Source: Ferruginibacter sp. (lineage in GTDB: Bacteria; Bacteroidota; Bacteroidia; Chitinophagales; Chitinophagaceae). From it: DNA of 64,000 nt. How positions within the stretch are numbered: the first letter of the stretch is position 1; every line of letters starts with the position of its first letter. The notes below the pieces were generated by a model. That model saw only the letters and a list, made by a program, of their open reading frames with translations. It was not told the DNA's origin and made no database searches. This document shows positions 17,357 through 26,746 of this stretch, piece after piece. Made by a program: the position numbers and the translations under genes. The stretch is from assembly GCA_044225995.1 (NCBI GenBank), contig JBGAHV010000013.1:7319-71318 (forward strand), read 5' to 3'.

Positions 17357-18787
17357 ATGCGCCGGAAAAACTACCTGTTAGTTGTACTAACCCTTATAAA
17401 CATTTACTGCAGCGCCCAGGATAAATGGGATCTTCGCCGTTGTATTGATTATGCACTTGCCAACAACATAAGTATAAAACAAACAGACTTGCAGGCAAGG
17501 CTTGCCAAGCTGCAGGTGTATCAAAGTAAAATGGGGCAATACCCATCGGCTAGTTTTAGTGCCAGCTCCAGCTATAACAGCGGCCGTAACCAGGACCCCA
17601 CTTCTTTCAGCCTGATCACACAAAGTTATCTTGCTGCCAACATGCAGTTGCAAAGCAGCGTGGAGATATTTAACTGGTACAGCAAGCGAAACACCATTGC
17701 TGCCAGTGCTTATGAACTGCAGGCTTCACTGGCCAATTCAGAAAAAATAAGGAATGATATCGCATTAACGGTTGCAACGGTTTACCTGCAGGTACTGCTC
17801 TTTAAAGAGCAGGAGCGCATTGCATCCATTCAGTTACAGCAGTCGCAATCGCAGTTAACCGCCACCCGCAAAAGGGTAAGCGCCGGTGCATTACCCGAGT
17901 TAAATGCAGCCGAACTGGAAGCACAGGTGGCACGTGACAGCTCTTCTGTTATTTCTGCTAAAGGAAATACACAACAGAGTATTTTAAATCTTAAGGCATA
18001 CCTGGCACTGGATGCCGCTGCTCCGTTTGATGTGGATGTTCCGCCCGTTGACAGAATACCGGTGGAAAATATTGCCGCCCTGCAGCCGGATGTGGTATAT
18101 GCTTCTGCCATCGCCAATTTACCACAACAACGCGTAAATGATTTTAAAATTAAGGCCGCCGAAAGAAGTATGGCTGCCGCTAAGGGAAATATGTATCCCA
18201 CCATTTCCGCCTTTGGAAGTTTGGGAAGCGGTTTTAACAGCCGGGCGCAGGAAATAACCAGCTCTTCACTGGTAAATGCGCCTATAGGAAAAGTAAATGT
18301 AAGCGGAACAGATTACAGCGTGTTTCCCTTACAGCCTTTTACCAGTTACGGGTACAGCAAGCAGGCTTTTACATCGCAGCTGAATCAGAACTTCCGGCAG
18401 TCGGTGGGGCTGAGCCTGAGTGTTCCTATTTTTAACGGCAGCAACCTGCGCACAGCGTATGAGCGCAGCAGGATCAATATAGAGAACCTGCAGCTGCAGC
18501 AGCAACTGGATAATCAAAAACTGAAACAGGATATATATACGGCCTACAACAGTGCGATGGTGGCGCTGGAAAAATATAATGCCGGGAAAAAGACGCTGGA
18601 AGCGGCTAACCGCACACTGGAGTTTTCGCAGAAAAGGTATGGCGTGGGAATGCTTTCTGTTTTTGAACTTATCGTTAACCAGAATAACCAGTTCAGCGCA
18701 GAGCTGAATAACCTGGTGAACCAGTACGATTATGTATTTAAAATGAAGGTGCTGGAGTTTTATAAAGGAAAGGGATTGAAATTATAA
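17357..18787 (+). CDS. TolC-family outer-membrane efflux protein
   Basis: It has a signal peptide and the two-repeat coiled-coil/barrel architecture. WDLRRCIDYALANNISIKQ is a typical Bacteroidetes TolC N-terminus. The tracked ORF starts at 17330, but I prefer the ATG at 17357 (MRRKNYLL). Confidence 0.85.
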   Translation: MRRKNYLLVVLTLINIYCSAQDKWDLRRCIDYALANNISIKQTDLQARLAKLQVYQSKMGQYPSASFSASSSYNSGRNQDPTSFSLITQSYLAANMQLQSSVEIFNWYSKRNTIAASAYELQASLANSEKIRNDIALTVATVYLQVLLFKEQERIASIQLQQSQSQLTATRKRVSAGALPELNAAELEAQVARDSSSVISAKGNTQQSILNLKAYLALDAAAPFDVDVPPVDRIPVENIAALQPDVVYASAIANLPQQRVNDFKIKAAERSMAAAKGNMYPTISAFGSLGSGFNSRAQEITSSSLVNAPIGKVNVSGTDYSVFPLQPFTSYGYSKQAFTSQLNQNFRQSVGLSLSVPIFNGSNLRTAYERSRINIENLQLQQQLDNQKLKQDIYTAYNSAMVALEKYNAGKKTLEAANRTLEFSQKRYGVGMLSVFELIVNQNNQFSAELNNLVNQYDYVFKMKVLEFYKGKGLKL

Positions 18788-18897
18788 AGTGTTTCTTTTT
18801 TTGCACGGTTAAAGATGAATAAAGAAATATTGTACAAGAGTGCGACGCCAATGAAGATAAAAAAAGTGATACTGGCGGGCACATAAATTAATATAAA

Positions 18898-20250
18898 ATG
18901 AGCAAGTCGTTAAAATGGATTTTAATTGCTGTGGGTATTTTACTTATTGCACTGGTGGGTTTAAGTAAAGCAGGTGTTTTTGGTAAAGATGACGGAACAA
19001 AGGTTACAGCTGAAAAAGTAACACAAAGAAGCATTACCGAAATTGTAAATGCCACGGGAAAAATATACCCGGAAATTGAAGTAAAAGTGAGTCCGGATAT
19101 TAGTGGCGAAATTACCGAGCTGAATGTACAGGAAGGTGATACAGTTAAAAAGGGACAGGTACTTGCCCGCATTTATGCAGATATATACAATATACAACGT
19201 AACCAGGCAGCCAGTGGTGTGGCACAAAGCCAGGCACAGGTAAATAATTCTGAAGCCAGCCTGGATGCATTAAAAGCTCAGTTGGAGCAGGCTGAAAAAA
19301 CATTCAATATGCAGAAGCAGCTTTTTAACGATAAGGTGATTAGCCAAAATGAGTTTAATACGGCTGATGCCAGTTTTAAAGCAGCCAAAGCAAATTATAA
19401 TGCAGCAGTACAAGGAATAAAGGGCGGACAGGCCAGCGTGCAAACTGCAAGGGCTGGACTGGACAGAGCAAATAAAGACCTTGGTAAAACAATCATAACT
19501 GCACCCATGGATGGTGTGATCTCTTTGCTGAATGTAAAACGAGGCGAAAAAGTGGCGGGCAACAGTTTTAATGTTGGTACAGAAATGATGCGTATTGCCG
19601 ATATGCAAAAAATTGAGGTTCGGGTGGATGTGGGCGAGAACGATATACCAAAGGTTAAACTGGGCGACAGCGCCAATATTGAAGTGGATGCTTACAGTAA
19701 CCGTAAGTTTAAGGGTATTGTAACACAAATTGCCAGCAGCAATAATGGGGCTTCCACACAAAACTTAACGGGCAATACCAGCACCGATGTTACACAGTAT
19801 AAAGTATACATACGCCTGTTGCCGGAAAGCTATATGGATTTAATTGGAAAAGGGTCTTTCCCATTCCGCCCGGGTATGAGTGCGAATGCAGATATACAAA
19901 CAAAAACACACAGCAATGTGTTAAGTGTTCCTATTAACGCAGTAACCACCCGTGAAAAAAATGACAGTACTAAAGCTGGCAAGAAAAAAGTTGCTGAAAA
20001 CGACATGAGCCAGGTAGTAACATCCAATAACGACGACCTGGATGTGGTGGTGTTTGTAATTGACAAGGATAATAAAGTAAAAAAGGTAATTGTAAAAACA
20101 GATATACAGGACATAAATTTTATTGAAATAACCAGCGGTCTTAAAGCCGGTGACGAAGTGGTAACCGGCCCTTATGATGTGGTAAGCAAAACCTTAAAAG
20201 AAGGAGCTAAGGTTAAGCGGGTGGATAAGAAAGACCTTTTTGAAAAATAA
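18898..20250 (+). CDS. Efflux transporter periplasmic adaptor (HlyD/MacA-type membrane fusion protein)
   Basis: 450 aa with an N-terminal TM anchor, a lipoyl-like motif (VSPDISGEITELNVQEGDTVKKGQVLARI), a long coiled coil and beta-barrel domains. Confidence 0.85.
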   Translation: MSKSLKWILIAVGILLIALVGLSKAGVFGKDDGTKVTAEKVTQRSITEIVNATGKIYPEIEVKVSPDISGEITELNVQEGDTVKKGQVLARIYADIYNIQRNQAASGVAQSQAQVNNSEASLDALKAQLEQAEKTFNMQKQLFNDKVISQNEFNTADASFKAAKANYNAAVQGIKGGQASVQTARAGLDRANKDLGKTIITAPMDGVISLLNVKRGEKVAGNSFNVGTEMMRIADMQKIEVRVDVGENDIPKVKLGDSANIEVDAYSNRKFKGIVTQIASSNNGASTQNLTGNTSTDVTQYKVYIRLLPESYMDLIGKGSFPFRPGMSANADIQTKTHSNVLSVPINAVTTREKNDSTKAGKKKVAENDMSQVVTSNNDDLDVVVFVIDKDNKVKKVIVKTDIQDINFIEITSGLKAGDEVVTGPYDVVSKTLKEGAKVKRVDKKDLFEK

Positions 20251-20270
20251 AAACATCCAGATACATTTAA

Positions 20271-20297
20271 AAGGCCCCGCAACCGGGGTCTTTTTTA
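20271..20297 (+). terminator. Intrinsic terminator after the adaptor gene
   Basis: A 7-bp stem, GGCCCCG/CGGGGTC (one G-U), closes a CAAC tetraloop and is followed by TTTTTT. Confidence 0.65.
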
Positions 20298-20356
20298 TTA
20301 CTATATTTTTAATGACAGTTAGCGGCAATTATTTTGCTTTACTTTTATGATACTTT

Positions 20357-21526
20357 ATGCAGCTGTTTTTTTTAATCATTGCGGTGTTGTTACTGCTTTC
20401 ATACATCCTTCTTATTCTTTATTACAAAGCCGGATGGATGCAATTGCCATCTTTCACTTCAACAAACAAGGAGCTGCATACAAAAATCACTGTAATAGTT
20501 CCGGCAAGAAACGAAGAGCGTACTATCGGAAACTGCCTTACTTCAATTTTGCAGCAAAACTATCCACAACAGTTGTTTGAAGTAATTGTTATAGATGATT
20601 TTTCGGAAGACAATACAGCTGCAGTTGTAAACAGTTATAACAACAGTAATGTAAAGTTATTTTCTCTTGGTAATTATATAACCGCAAATGAAACACAGTC
20701 TTACAAAAAGAAAGCCATTGAACTGGCCATACAGCAGGCCACAGGAGAGTTAATTGTAACTACCGATGCAGATTGCGTCGTTCTGCCAAATTGGTTAAAT
20801 ACCATTGCAGCTTTTTATGAAAAAACACAAGCGGCATTTATTGCAATGCCGGTTGTAATAAAACCAGCAACTGGTTTTATTGGCATTTTTCAATCGCTTG
20901 ATTTTATGACGCTGCAGGGCATTACAGCAGCATCGGTACATAAAAAATTTCACAGCATGTGCAATGGCGCTAACCTTGCCTATACTAAACAAGCTTTTAC
21001 TGCAGTAAATGGTTTTAATGGCATTGACAATATTGCCAGCGGCGATGATATGCTGCTGATGCACAAAATTTATAAACAATACCCGGAAAAAGTGTTCTTT
21101 CTTAAATCGAAAGAGGTGATTGTGCAAACACTTCCGGTAAATACTATAGCAGAATTTTTTAATCAGCGTATCCGCTGGGCAAGCAAGGCAGATAAATATG
21201 ATGATAAACGGATCTTTGCCGTGCTGCTGGTAGTATATTTATTTAATGTGCTGTTACTACTATTGCCCATTCTGGCCCTGGTAAAAAACTATCAATTACC
21301 AATCATCAATTATTCATTATCAATTGCAGCTGCCTGGCTGGTATTGCTGTTATGTAAAACGGTGGCAGAATTATTCTTCCTCATTCCTGTTGCCCGTTTT
21401 TTCAGCATGCCGCATTTGCTTTGGTGGTTCCCTTTAATGCAACCCTTTCACATTATTTATACTGTAATTGCCGGATGGTTAGGTAAATTTGGTACATATA
21501 AATGGAAGGGCAGGAAAGTAAAGTAA
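20357..21526 (+). CDS. Membrane-bound family 2 glycosyltransferase (processive type)
   Basis: 389 aa with an N-terminal TM. Motifs are VIVPARNEE, VIVIDDFSEDNT, TDADC and the QRIRWA (QxxRW) motif. There are several C-terminal TM helices. Confidence 0.8.
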   Translation: MQLFFLIIAVLLLLSYILLILYYKAGWMQLPSFTSTNKELHTKITVIVPARNEERTIGNCLTSILQQNYPQQLFEVIVIDDFSEDNTAAVVNSYNNSNVKLFSLGNYITANETQSYKKKAIELAIQQATGELIVTTDADCVVLPNWLNTIAAFYEKTQAAFIAMPVVIKPATGFIGIFQSLDFMTLQGITAASVHKKFHSMCNGANLAYTKQAFTAVNGFNGIDNIASGDDMLLMHKIYKQYPEKVFFLKSKEVIVQTLPVNTIAEFFNQRIRWASKADKYDDKRIFAVLLVVYLFNVLLLLLPILALVKNYQLPIINYSLSIAAAWLVLLLCKTVAELFFLIPVARFFSMPHLLWWFPLMQPFHIIYTVIAGWLGKFGTYKWKGRKVK

Positions 21527-21530
21527 TTGC

Positions 21531-23024
21531 ATGGAGTTAAATAATCAATCAACCATAGTATTAGTTGGCGGCGGCATTATGAGCGCCACACTGGGTGTGC
21601 TCATTAAAGAAATAATGCCCGGCGCTGCTGTTTTAATTTTTGAGCGTTTGCCGACAGTGGCAGAAGAAAGCAGTGATGCATGGAACAATGCCGGCACCGG
21701 CCATTCTGCTTTTTGCGAACTAAATTATACGCCGGAAAAAGATGGCAGTGTGGATATTTCCAAAGCAGTGAAAATTGCATCGCAGTTTGAAATATCAAAA
21801 CAGTTTTGGGCATATTTAATACAGCAATACAATTTTGCAAAACCGGCATCATTCATCAATCATGTACCACATATCAGTTTTGTTTGGGGCAATGACAATA
21901 CAGCATATTTAAAAAAACGTTTTGATGCACTTGGCAAAAACAAACTTTTTGCCGGCATGCATTATACAGAAGATATAAATACGCTTACCGGATGGATGCC
22001 GCTGGTTATGCAGGGCCAGGATGCAAATAAAAAATTTGCCGCCACTAAAATGGACATCGGCACCGATGTAAATTTTGGTGCATTAACAGAAGCGCTGTTT
22101 GCTCATTTAGAAAAGCAGGCAGATGTAACATTATACTTAAATCATGAAGTAAGAGATTTAGAAAAAAAAGAGGATGGTACCTGGGAACTAAAAGTAAAAA
22201 ATTTAAGTACAGATGATATTATTGAAGTACCGGCTGATTTTGTTTTTTTAGGGGCGGGTGGCGGTTCATTACCATTACTGCAAAAATCTGATATTGAAGA
22301 GGCCGAGGGTTATGGCGGTTTTCCCATCAGCGGCCAGTGGCTCCGTTGTAAAAACGAAACCATTATTCAACAGCACCATGTAAAAGTATATGGCAAAGCT
22401 GCAATAGGCGCACCCCCCATGAGCGTACCGCATTTAGATACAAGGATTATCAATGGTAAAAAAGAATTATTGTTTGGGCCATTTGCTGGTTTCAGCACTA
22501 AATTTTTAAAACAAGGATCTTATTTTGATTTACCCGCCAGTATTGAATGGGCTAATATGTTTCCCATGCTGGCAGCTGGCTGGCATAATTTACCACTAAC
22601 CAAATATTTAGTTCAGCAGGTAACACAAAGCGATGAAGACCGGCTGAATGCTTTAAAAGAATATTGCCCCACTGCAAAAATGGAAGACTGGGACTTAGCC
22701 ATTGCAGGGCAACGGGTACAGGTAATAAAAAAAGATGATGAAGAAATTGGTGTGTTGGAATTTGGAACCGAACTGGTTTGTGCTGCTGATGGTACGTTAG
22801 CTGCATTACTGGGTGCATCACCCGGCGCAAGCACAGCGGTAACTGCTATGCTGCAGGTGCTGCAAAAATGTTTTTCCTTAAATTATAAAAGCGATGAATG
22901 GCAGCTAAAATTAAAAAACATTATTCCCACTATTGATAAACCCTGGATTGAATACGACGCTCTTTGCACAGAAATAAGAGAGTGGACGCATGATATTTTA
23001 CAGCTGGAAAATGCAAATTTGTAA
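21531..23024 (+). CDS. mqo: Malate:quinone oxidoreductase
   Basis: 497 aa. VLVGGGIMSATLG and WNNAGTGHSAFCELNYTPE are characteristic of the Mqo N-terminus. Confidence 0.9.
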   Translation: MELNNQSTIVLVGGGIMSATLGVLIKEIMPGAAVLIFERLPTVAEESSDAWNNAGTGHSAFCELNYTPEKDGSVDISKAVKIASQFEISKQFWAYLIQQYNFAKPASFINHVPHISFVWGNDNTAYLKKRFDALGKNKLFAGMHYTEDINTLTGWMPLVMQGQDANKKFAATKMDIGTDVNFGALTEALFAHLEKQADVTLYLNHEVRDLEKKEDGTWELKVKNLSTDDIIEVPADFVFLGAGGGSLPLLQKSDIEEAEGYGGFPISGQWLRCKNETIIQQHHVKVYGKAAIGAPPMSVPHLDTRIINGKKELLFGPFAGFSTKFLKQGSYFDLPASIEWANMFPMLAAGWHNLPLTKYLVQQVTQSDEDRLNALKEYCPTAKMEDWDLAIAGQRVQVIKKDDEEIGVLEFGTELVCAADGTLAALLGASPGASTAVTAMLQVLQKCFSLNYKSDEWQLKLKNIIPTIDKPWIEYDALCTEIREWTHDILQLENANL

Positions 23025-23033
23025 TTTACAGTA

Positions 23034-24143
23034 ATGCAGCAAACTTATTCTTATAAAAAACAATTATGGAAGCGGCTTAAAAAAAATAAAGGCGCTTTGT
23101 TTGGGTTGCTCATTATTATCATTTCATTTTTTGTGGCGGTGTTCGGTTATTTTATTGCACCAGATAATTCACCTAACGCTGATTTACAAACGGTGGAAAT
23201 ACAGGCAAAGAAGCCGGGCTATCAACAAACATTTTTAAAACTATATACTGCAAACCAGAAACAAACAGGCTGGTTTTCAAAGTTGCTGTACGGCTTGCCA
23301 TCATCTTATCAATTAATTCCGGTAAGCGGAAGGCCCGCCGACAATAAAAGTGGCGATTCCATTGTAATAAATAAATACGTGGATGAAGATACATCGGTAA
23401 GAATGGCATTTGCTGTTAAATACCTGATGGAAAATCACGACAGTTTCGCTGTCCCGGATTTTTTTGTAACCAAAAAATACTGGTTGGGCACAGATAAATT
23501 TGGCCGTGATATTTTAAGCCGCTTAATTATTGGTACTAGAGTAAGTTTAGCGGTTGGCTTAATTGCAGTATTAATATCATTAACTATTGGAATTTTTTTA
23601 GGTGCATTGGCCGGTTATTACCGTGGTAAGATTGATGCTGTGGTAATGTGGCTTGTAAACGTAACGTGGAGTATTCCAACATTACTTTTAGTATTTGCAA
23701 TAACGATGGCAATGGGCAAAGGGTTTTGGCAAATATTTATTGCAGTTGGGCTAACCATGTGGGTTAGTGTGGCAAGGTTAGTACGTGGGCAGGTAATGGC
23801 TGTAAAAGAATTAGAGTATGTGCAGGCGGCAAAAGCGTTGGGGTTTAAAAACAGCCGCATTATATTCAAACATATTTTGCCAAACATATTTGGGCCAATT
23901 CTTGTAATTGCTGCCAGTAATTTTGCTACGGCTATTATTGTAGAAGCCGGCCTCAGTTTTTTGGGAATTGGGGTACAGCCACCGCAACCAAGCTGGGGGC
24001 TTATGATAAAAGAAAACTACAACTTCATTATTACACACAACCCCATGCTGGCATTAATACCGGGCTTTGCCATAATGCTGCTGGTGCTGGCTTTTAATTT
24101 GCTAGGTAATGGGTTAAGAGATGCGGTAGATGTAAAAAGCTAA
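23034..24143 (+). CDS. ABC transporter permease, OppC/DppC-like
   Basis: 369 aa with a BPD-type permease core (EAA-like region YVQAAKALGFKNSRIIFKHILPN) and a long loop after TM1. Confidence 0.8.
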   Translation: MQQTYSYKKQLWKRLKKNKGALFGLLIIIISFFVAVFGYFIAPDNSPNADLQTVEIQAKKPGYQQTFLKLYTANQKQTGWFSKLLYGLPSSYQLIPVSGRPADNKSGDSIVINKYVDEDTSVRMAFAVKYLMENHDSFAVPDFFVTKKYWLGTDKFGRDILSRLIIGTRVSLAVGLIAVLISLTIGIFLGALAGYYRGKIDAVVMWLVNVTWSIPTLLLVFAITMAMGKGFWQIFIAVGLTMWVSVARLVRGQVMAVKELEYVQAAKALGFKNSRIIFKHILPNIFGPILVIAASNFATAIIVEAGLSFLGIGVQPPQPSWGLMIKENYNFIITHNPMLALIPGFAIMLLVLAFNLLGNGLRDAVDVKS

Positions 24144-24613
24144 TCTTTAGGTGCTACCTGCACATTACGGTTAAAACCTTCTTCCAGTGAAATGAATGTT
24201 TCAGTGCGTTCAATCCCTTTTATTTTTTGCAGTTCATCATGAAGTACATAACGCAGCTGGGCAATATCCTTACAAACAATTTCAATAAACATGCTGTAGT
24301 TGCCGGTAATATAATTAAGCCTTACAATTTCCGGTATCTTTTTCAGCTCTTCGGCCACGCTGTCATACAAAGAGCTTTTCTCCAGGTAAATACCAACAAA
24401 AGCGGTAATATCATAACCGAGTTGTTTTAAATCTACATTCAATCTTGTACCTTTGACAATACCAAACTCCTGCAGTTTTTTAATACGCACATGTATGGTA
24501 CCACCGCTCACAAATAATTTCTTGCCCAGGTCGGCATATGAAATTTCCGCAGTCTCCATCATTTCGTGAATTATCTGCAGATCCAATTTGTCAAGATTTA
24601 ATTTAGCAGCCAT
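24140..24613 (-). CDS. Lrp/AsnC-family transcriptional regulator
   Basis: 157 aa with an N-terminal HTH (LDLQIIHEMMETAEISYADLGKKLFVSGGTIHVRIKKL) and a C-terminal RAM/AsnC_trans_reg domain. It overlaps the convergent permease stop by 4 nt. Confidence 0.9.
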   Translation of the reverse strand: MAAKLNLDKLDLQIIHEMMETAEISYADLGKKLFVSGGTIHVRIKKLQEFGIVKGTRLNVDLKQLGYDITAFVGIYLEKSSLYDSVAEELKKIPEIVRLNYITGNYSMFIEIVCKDIAQLRYVLHDELQKIKGIERTETFISLEEGFNRNVQVAPKD

Positions 24614-24721
24614 TTTATAATTTTACTTTAGTTATAATTCAATATTTATTGCAAATATTTGAATTGTTTCTATATTTTCCAAATTTTTTATGAATTATTT
24701 TTAAAATAAAGGTTGTTTATG

Positions 24722-24729
24722 TAGATTTG
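24722..24729 (+). promoter_or_regulatory. Bacteroidetes-type -7 promoter box for the downstream RNA
   Basis: TAGATTTG is an exact match to TAnnTTTG. It lies about 38 nt upstream of the first helix of the structured RNA. I found no convincing -33 TTG at the ideal spacing. Confidence 0.4.
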
Positions 24730-24766
24730 TGCAACAAAGCCTGAAAGCAGGTAAGTTCTTAAAAAT

Positions 24767-24961
24767 TGTGGGGTGATGAAATCTTTGGCAGACATGCCCT
24801 CTTGTCTCGAGGGTGAGGATAACAGGATAAACGTTGCATAAGCCGATGGTACTGCAGTGCCACCGACTGGGGTTGACCACCAGTAGGTTTGAGGGTTGCT
24901 CCTCATTAAATTTTGTGCGACAGCTAACTGCCTCGTGGAGGTTCGAACCCTCCCCCTACAG
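24767..24961 (+). ncRNA. Unclassified structured RNA with a tRNA-like acceptor/T-arm module (tmRNA-like layout, but not a canonical tmRNA or tRNA)
   Basis: A 7-bp terminal helix pairs TGTGGGG (24767-73) with CCCTACA (24954-60). It stacks on a textbook T-arm, GGAGG-TTCGAAC-CCTCC (24937-53). Internal helices are GGCAG/CTGCC (24787-91/24928-32) and GAGGA/TCCTC (24815-19/24900-04). Hairpins lie at 24796-24814, 24848-24861 and 24863-24887. It has its own -7 box and terminator, and there is no credible ORF. Confidence 0.5.
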
Positions 24962-24973
24962 CATTTATATTTA

Positions 24974-25001
24974 AAGCCTTCAATTACTGAAGGCTTTTTT
25001 A
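24974..25001 (+). terminator. Intrinsic terminator of the structured RNA
   Basis: The stem AAGCCTTCA pairs with TGAAGGCTT around an ATTAC loop and runs into a T tract (24995-25000). Confidence 0.7.
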
Positions 25002-25085
25002 TTTACATAATTGTAACAACTTTCAGGCAATCCATCTTATTTAAACATCGTTTCTTTGCAAAACTTTTAGCCTTAAACCTTTTGC

Positions 25086-26018
25086 ATGAGATTACTGGTG
25101 TCCTTTATTTTACCTGTTCTTCTTTTTGCTACAGCACAATCGCAAGACAGGATTATACGAACGTTACAAACAGAATCTGGTTCAATAACACCCAAGGTTC
25201 CTGCACCTGATACAGTTAAAAGAGACTGGAAAAAGGGGGGCATATACCGCATCAACCTGGGCCAGGGCACACTGAGCAACTGGGCTGCCGGCGGTGATGA
25301 CTTTTCATTGACTGTTAATACATCTCTTAATCTTTTTGCCACTTATAAAAAGCACAATTTCGGCTGGGATAATTCCCTTGACCTGGTAATGGGTTTCTTA
25401 AATACTACTTCTTTAGGCAGCCGGAAAAATGATGACCGTATAGACCTCGTTTCAAAACAAACCTATACAGTTAATAAAAAGACAAGCGTTGCAACATTGG
25501 CCAATTTTCGTACGCAGTTTATAGCAGGTTATACTTATAAAGAAAAAGAGAAAACCTATGCATCCAACTTCATGTCACCCGGTTATGTACTTACCAGTAT
25601 TGGCGTAAACAGCAAACCTGTAAAAGAGTTGTCTTTGTTTGTGTCTCCGTTTACGTCACGGTGGATTATTGTACGGAATGACAGCCTTGCTTCCAAAGCT
25701 GCCTACGGCGTGGATACGGGTAAAAATATTATTAATCAGCTCGGCGCCTTTGCAACCATTAACTATCAAAAAGAGTTTTTAAAAACGCTCACATACAAAT
25801 CCAGGCTTGACTTGTTTTCAAACTACAAGAAAAATCCATGGAATGTGGATGTATACATGACAAATGTACTGGCGATAAGAGTTTTTAAACTGCTCTCGTT
25901 TAACTGGAGTGTGGATGTGATTTATGATGACGACACCCGCATTTTTGGTACAAATGGAAACTCCCCGGCATTACAGTTGAAATCGATTATTGGCGCAGGG
26001 TTGCAACTTAAAATTTAA
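25086..26018 (+). CDS. DUF3078-like outer-membrane beta-barrel protein
   Basis: 310 aa with a signal peptide. NLGQGTLSNWAAGGDDFSLTVNTSLNLFA and the alternating beta-strand pattern match what I recall for DUF3078 proteins. Confidence 0.65.
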   Translation: MRLLVSFILPVLLFATAQSQDRIIRTLQTESGSITPKVPAPDTVKRDWKKGGIYRINLGQGTLSNWAAGGDDFSLTVNTSLNLFATYKKHNFGWDNSLDLVMGFLNTTSLGSRKNDDRIDLVSKQTYTVNKKTSVATLANFRTQFIAGYTYKEKEKTYASNFMSPGYVLTSIGVNSKPVKELSLFVSPFTSRWIIVRNDSLASKAAYGVDTGKNIINQLGAFATINYQKEFLKTLTYKSRLDLFSNYKKNPWNVDVYMTNVLAIRVFKLLSFNWSVDVIYDDDTRIFGTNGNSPALQLKSIIGAGLQLKI

Positions 26019-26044
26019 AAGCGGTCTGTGTATCTTTGCCGCCC

Positions 26045-26746
26045 ATGGCTCAAAAAAAATTAGTTCGGTTTGCGGCAATTAAAACATTTCCCAATGTACT
26101 GGAGTATCCGGAAAATATGCCGGGTAACTGGCACCAGTTTTTTAAAAACAATAATCCCATAACATTAGAACTTGCCTGCGGCAAAGGTGAATATGCCGTG
26201 GGACTTGCACGCATGCACCCGCAGCAAAATTTTATTGGAGTGGATGTGAAAGGCAACCGCATTTATATTGGCGCAAAAAAGTGCATTGCAGAAAACTTAA
26301 GCAATGCTGCTTTTTTGCGTACACAAATAGGAATGCTGCCAAATTACTTTGCCAAAGAAGAAGTGGAAGAGATATGGATAACTTTTCCTGATCCCCAGTT
26401 GCGTACATCAAAAGCAAAAAAACGTTTAACACACCCGGTTTTTTTGCGGCTGTATCAACAGGTATTAAAGCCCGGTGGCTTTATTCATTTAAAAACAGAC
26501 AGCCCTAATTTATACCTATTTACAAAAAAGGTGGCTGAACTTTATGGGCTTAACATTGTTGAAGATTGCGATGATGTGTACAGCCAAACGGAAATAAAGG
26601 AAGAGCTGAAATTAAAAACCTATTACGAAAGCCTGGATATTGCACAGAGCAATAAAATACATTACCTAAAATTCACGCTGCCGGGCACTATTAAAAATAT
26701 TGATGACCAACTACAGGAACAACTGAAGCATGAAGAACTTAATTGA
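26045..26746 (+). CDS. trmB: tRNA (guanine46-N7)-methyltransferase
   Basis: LELACGKGEYAVGLARMHPQQNFIGVDVKG and ITFPDPQLR are TrmB motifs. The tracked ORF begins at a TTG (26036). The first ATG is at 26045. Confidence 0.85.
   Translation: MAQKKLVRFAAIKTFPNVLEYPENMPGNWHQFFKNNNPITLELACGKGEYAVGLARMHPQQNFIGVDVKGNRIYIGAKKCIAENLSNAAFLRTQIGMLPNYFAKEEVEEIWITFPDPQLRTSKAKKRLTHPVFLRLYQQVLKPGGFIHLKTDSPNLYLFTKKVAELYGLNIVEDCDDVYSQTEIKEELKLKTYYESLDIAQSNKIHYLKFTLPGTIKNIDDQLQEQLKHEELN

Noticed and set aside
24767-24961. I considered calling this RNA ssrA (tmRNA) or a tRNA gene.
   Set aside because: The 5' GGGGTGA...TTTGGCAG and the 3' T-arm look tmRNA-like. However, the element is only about 195 nt, its terminal pair is U-A, the G-U is at 4:69 rather than 3:70, it has no ALAA-type tag frame and it has no room for four pseudoknots. 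A cloverleaf cannot be drawn either, because there is no D-arm and the candidate anticodon loops violate U33 and purine-37. I therefore report it only as unclassified.
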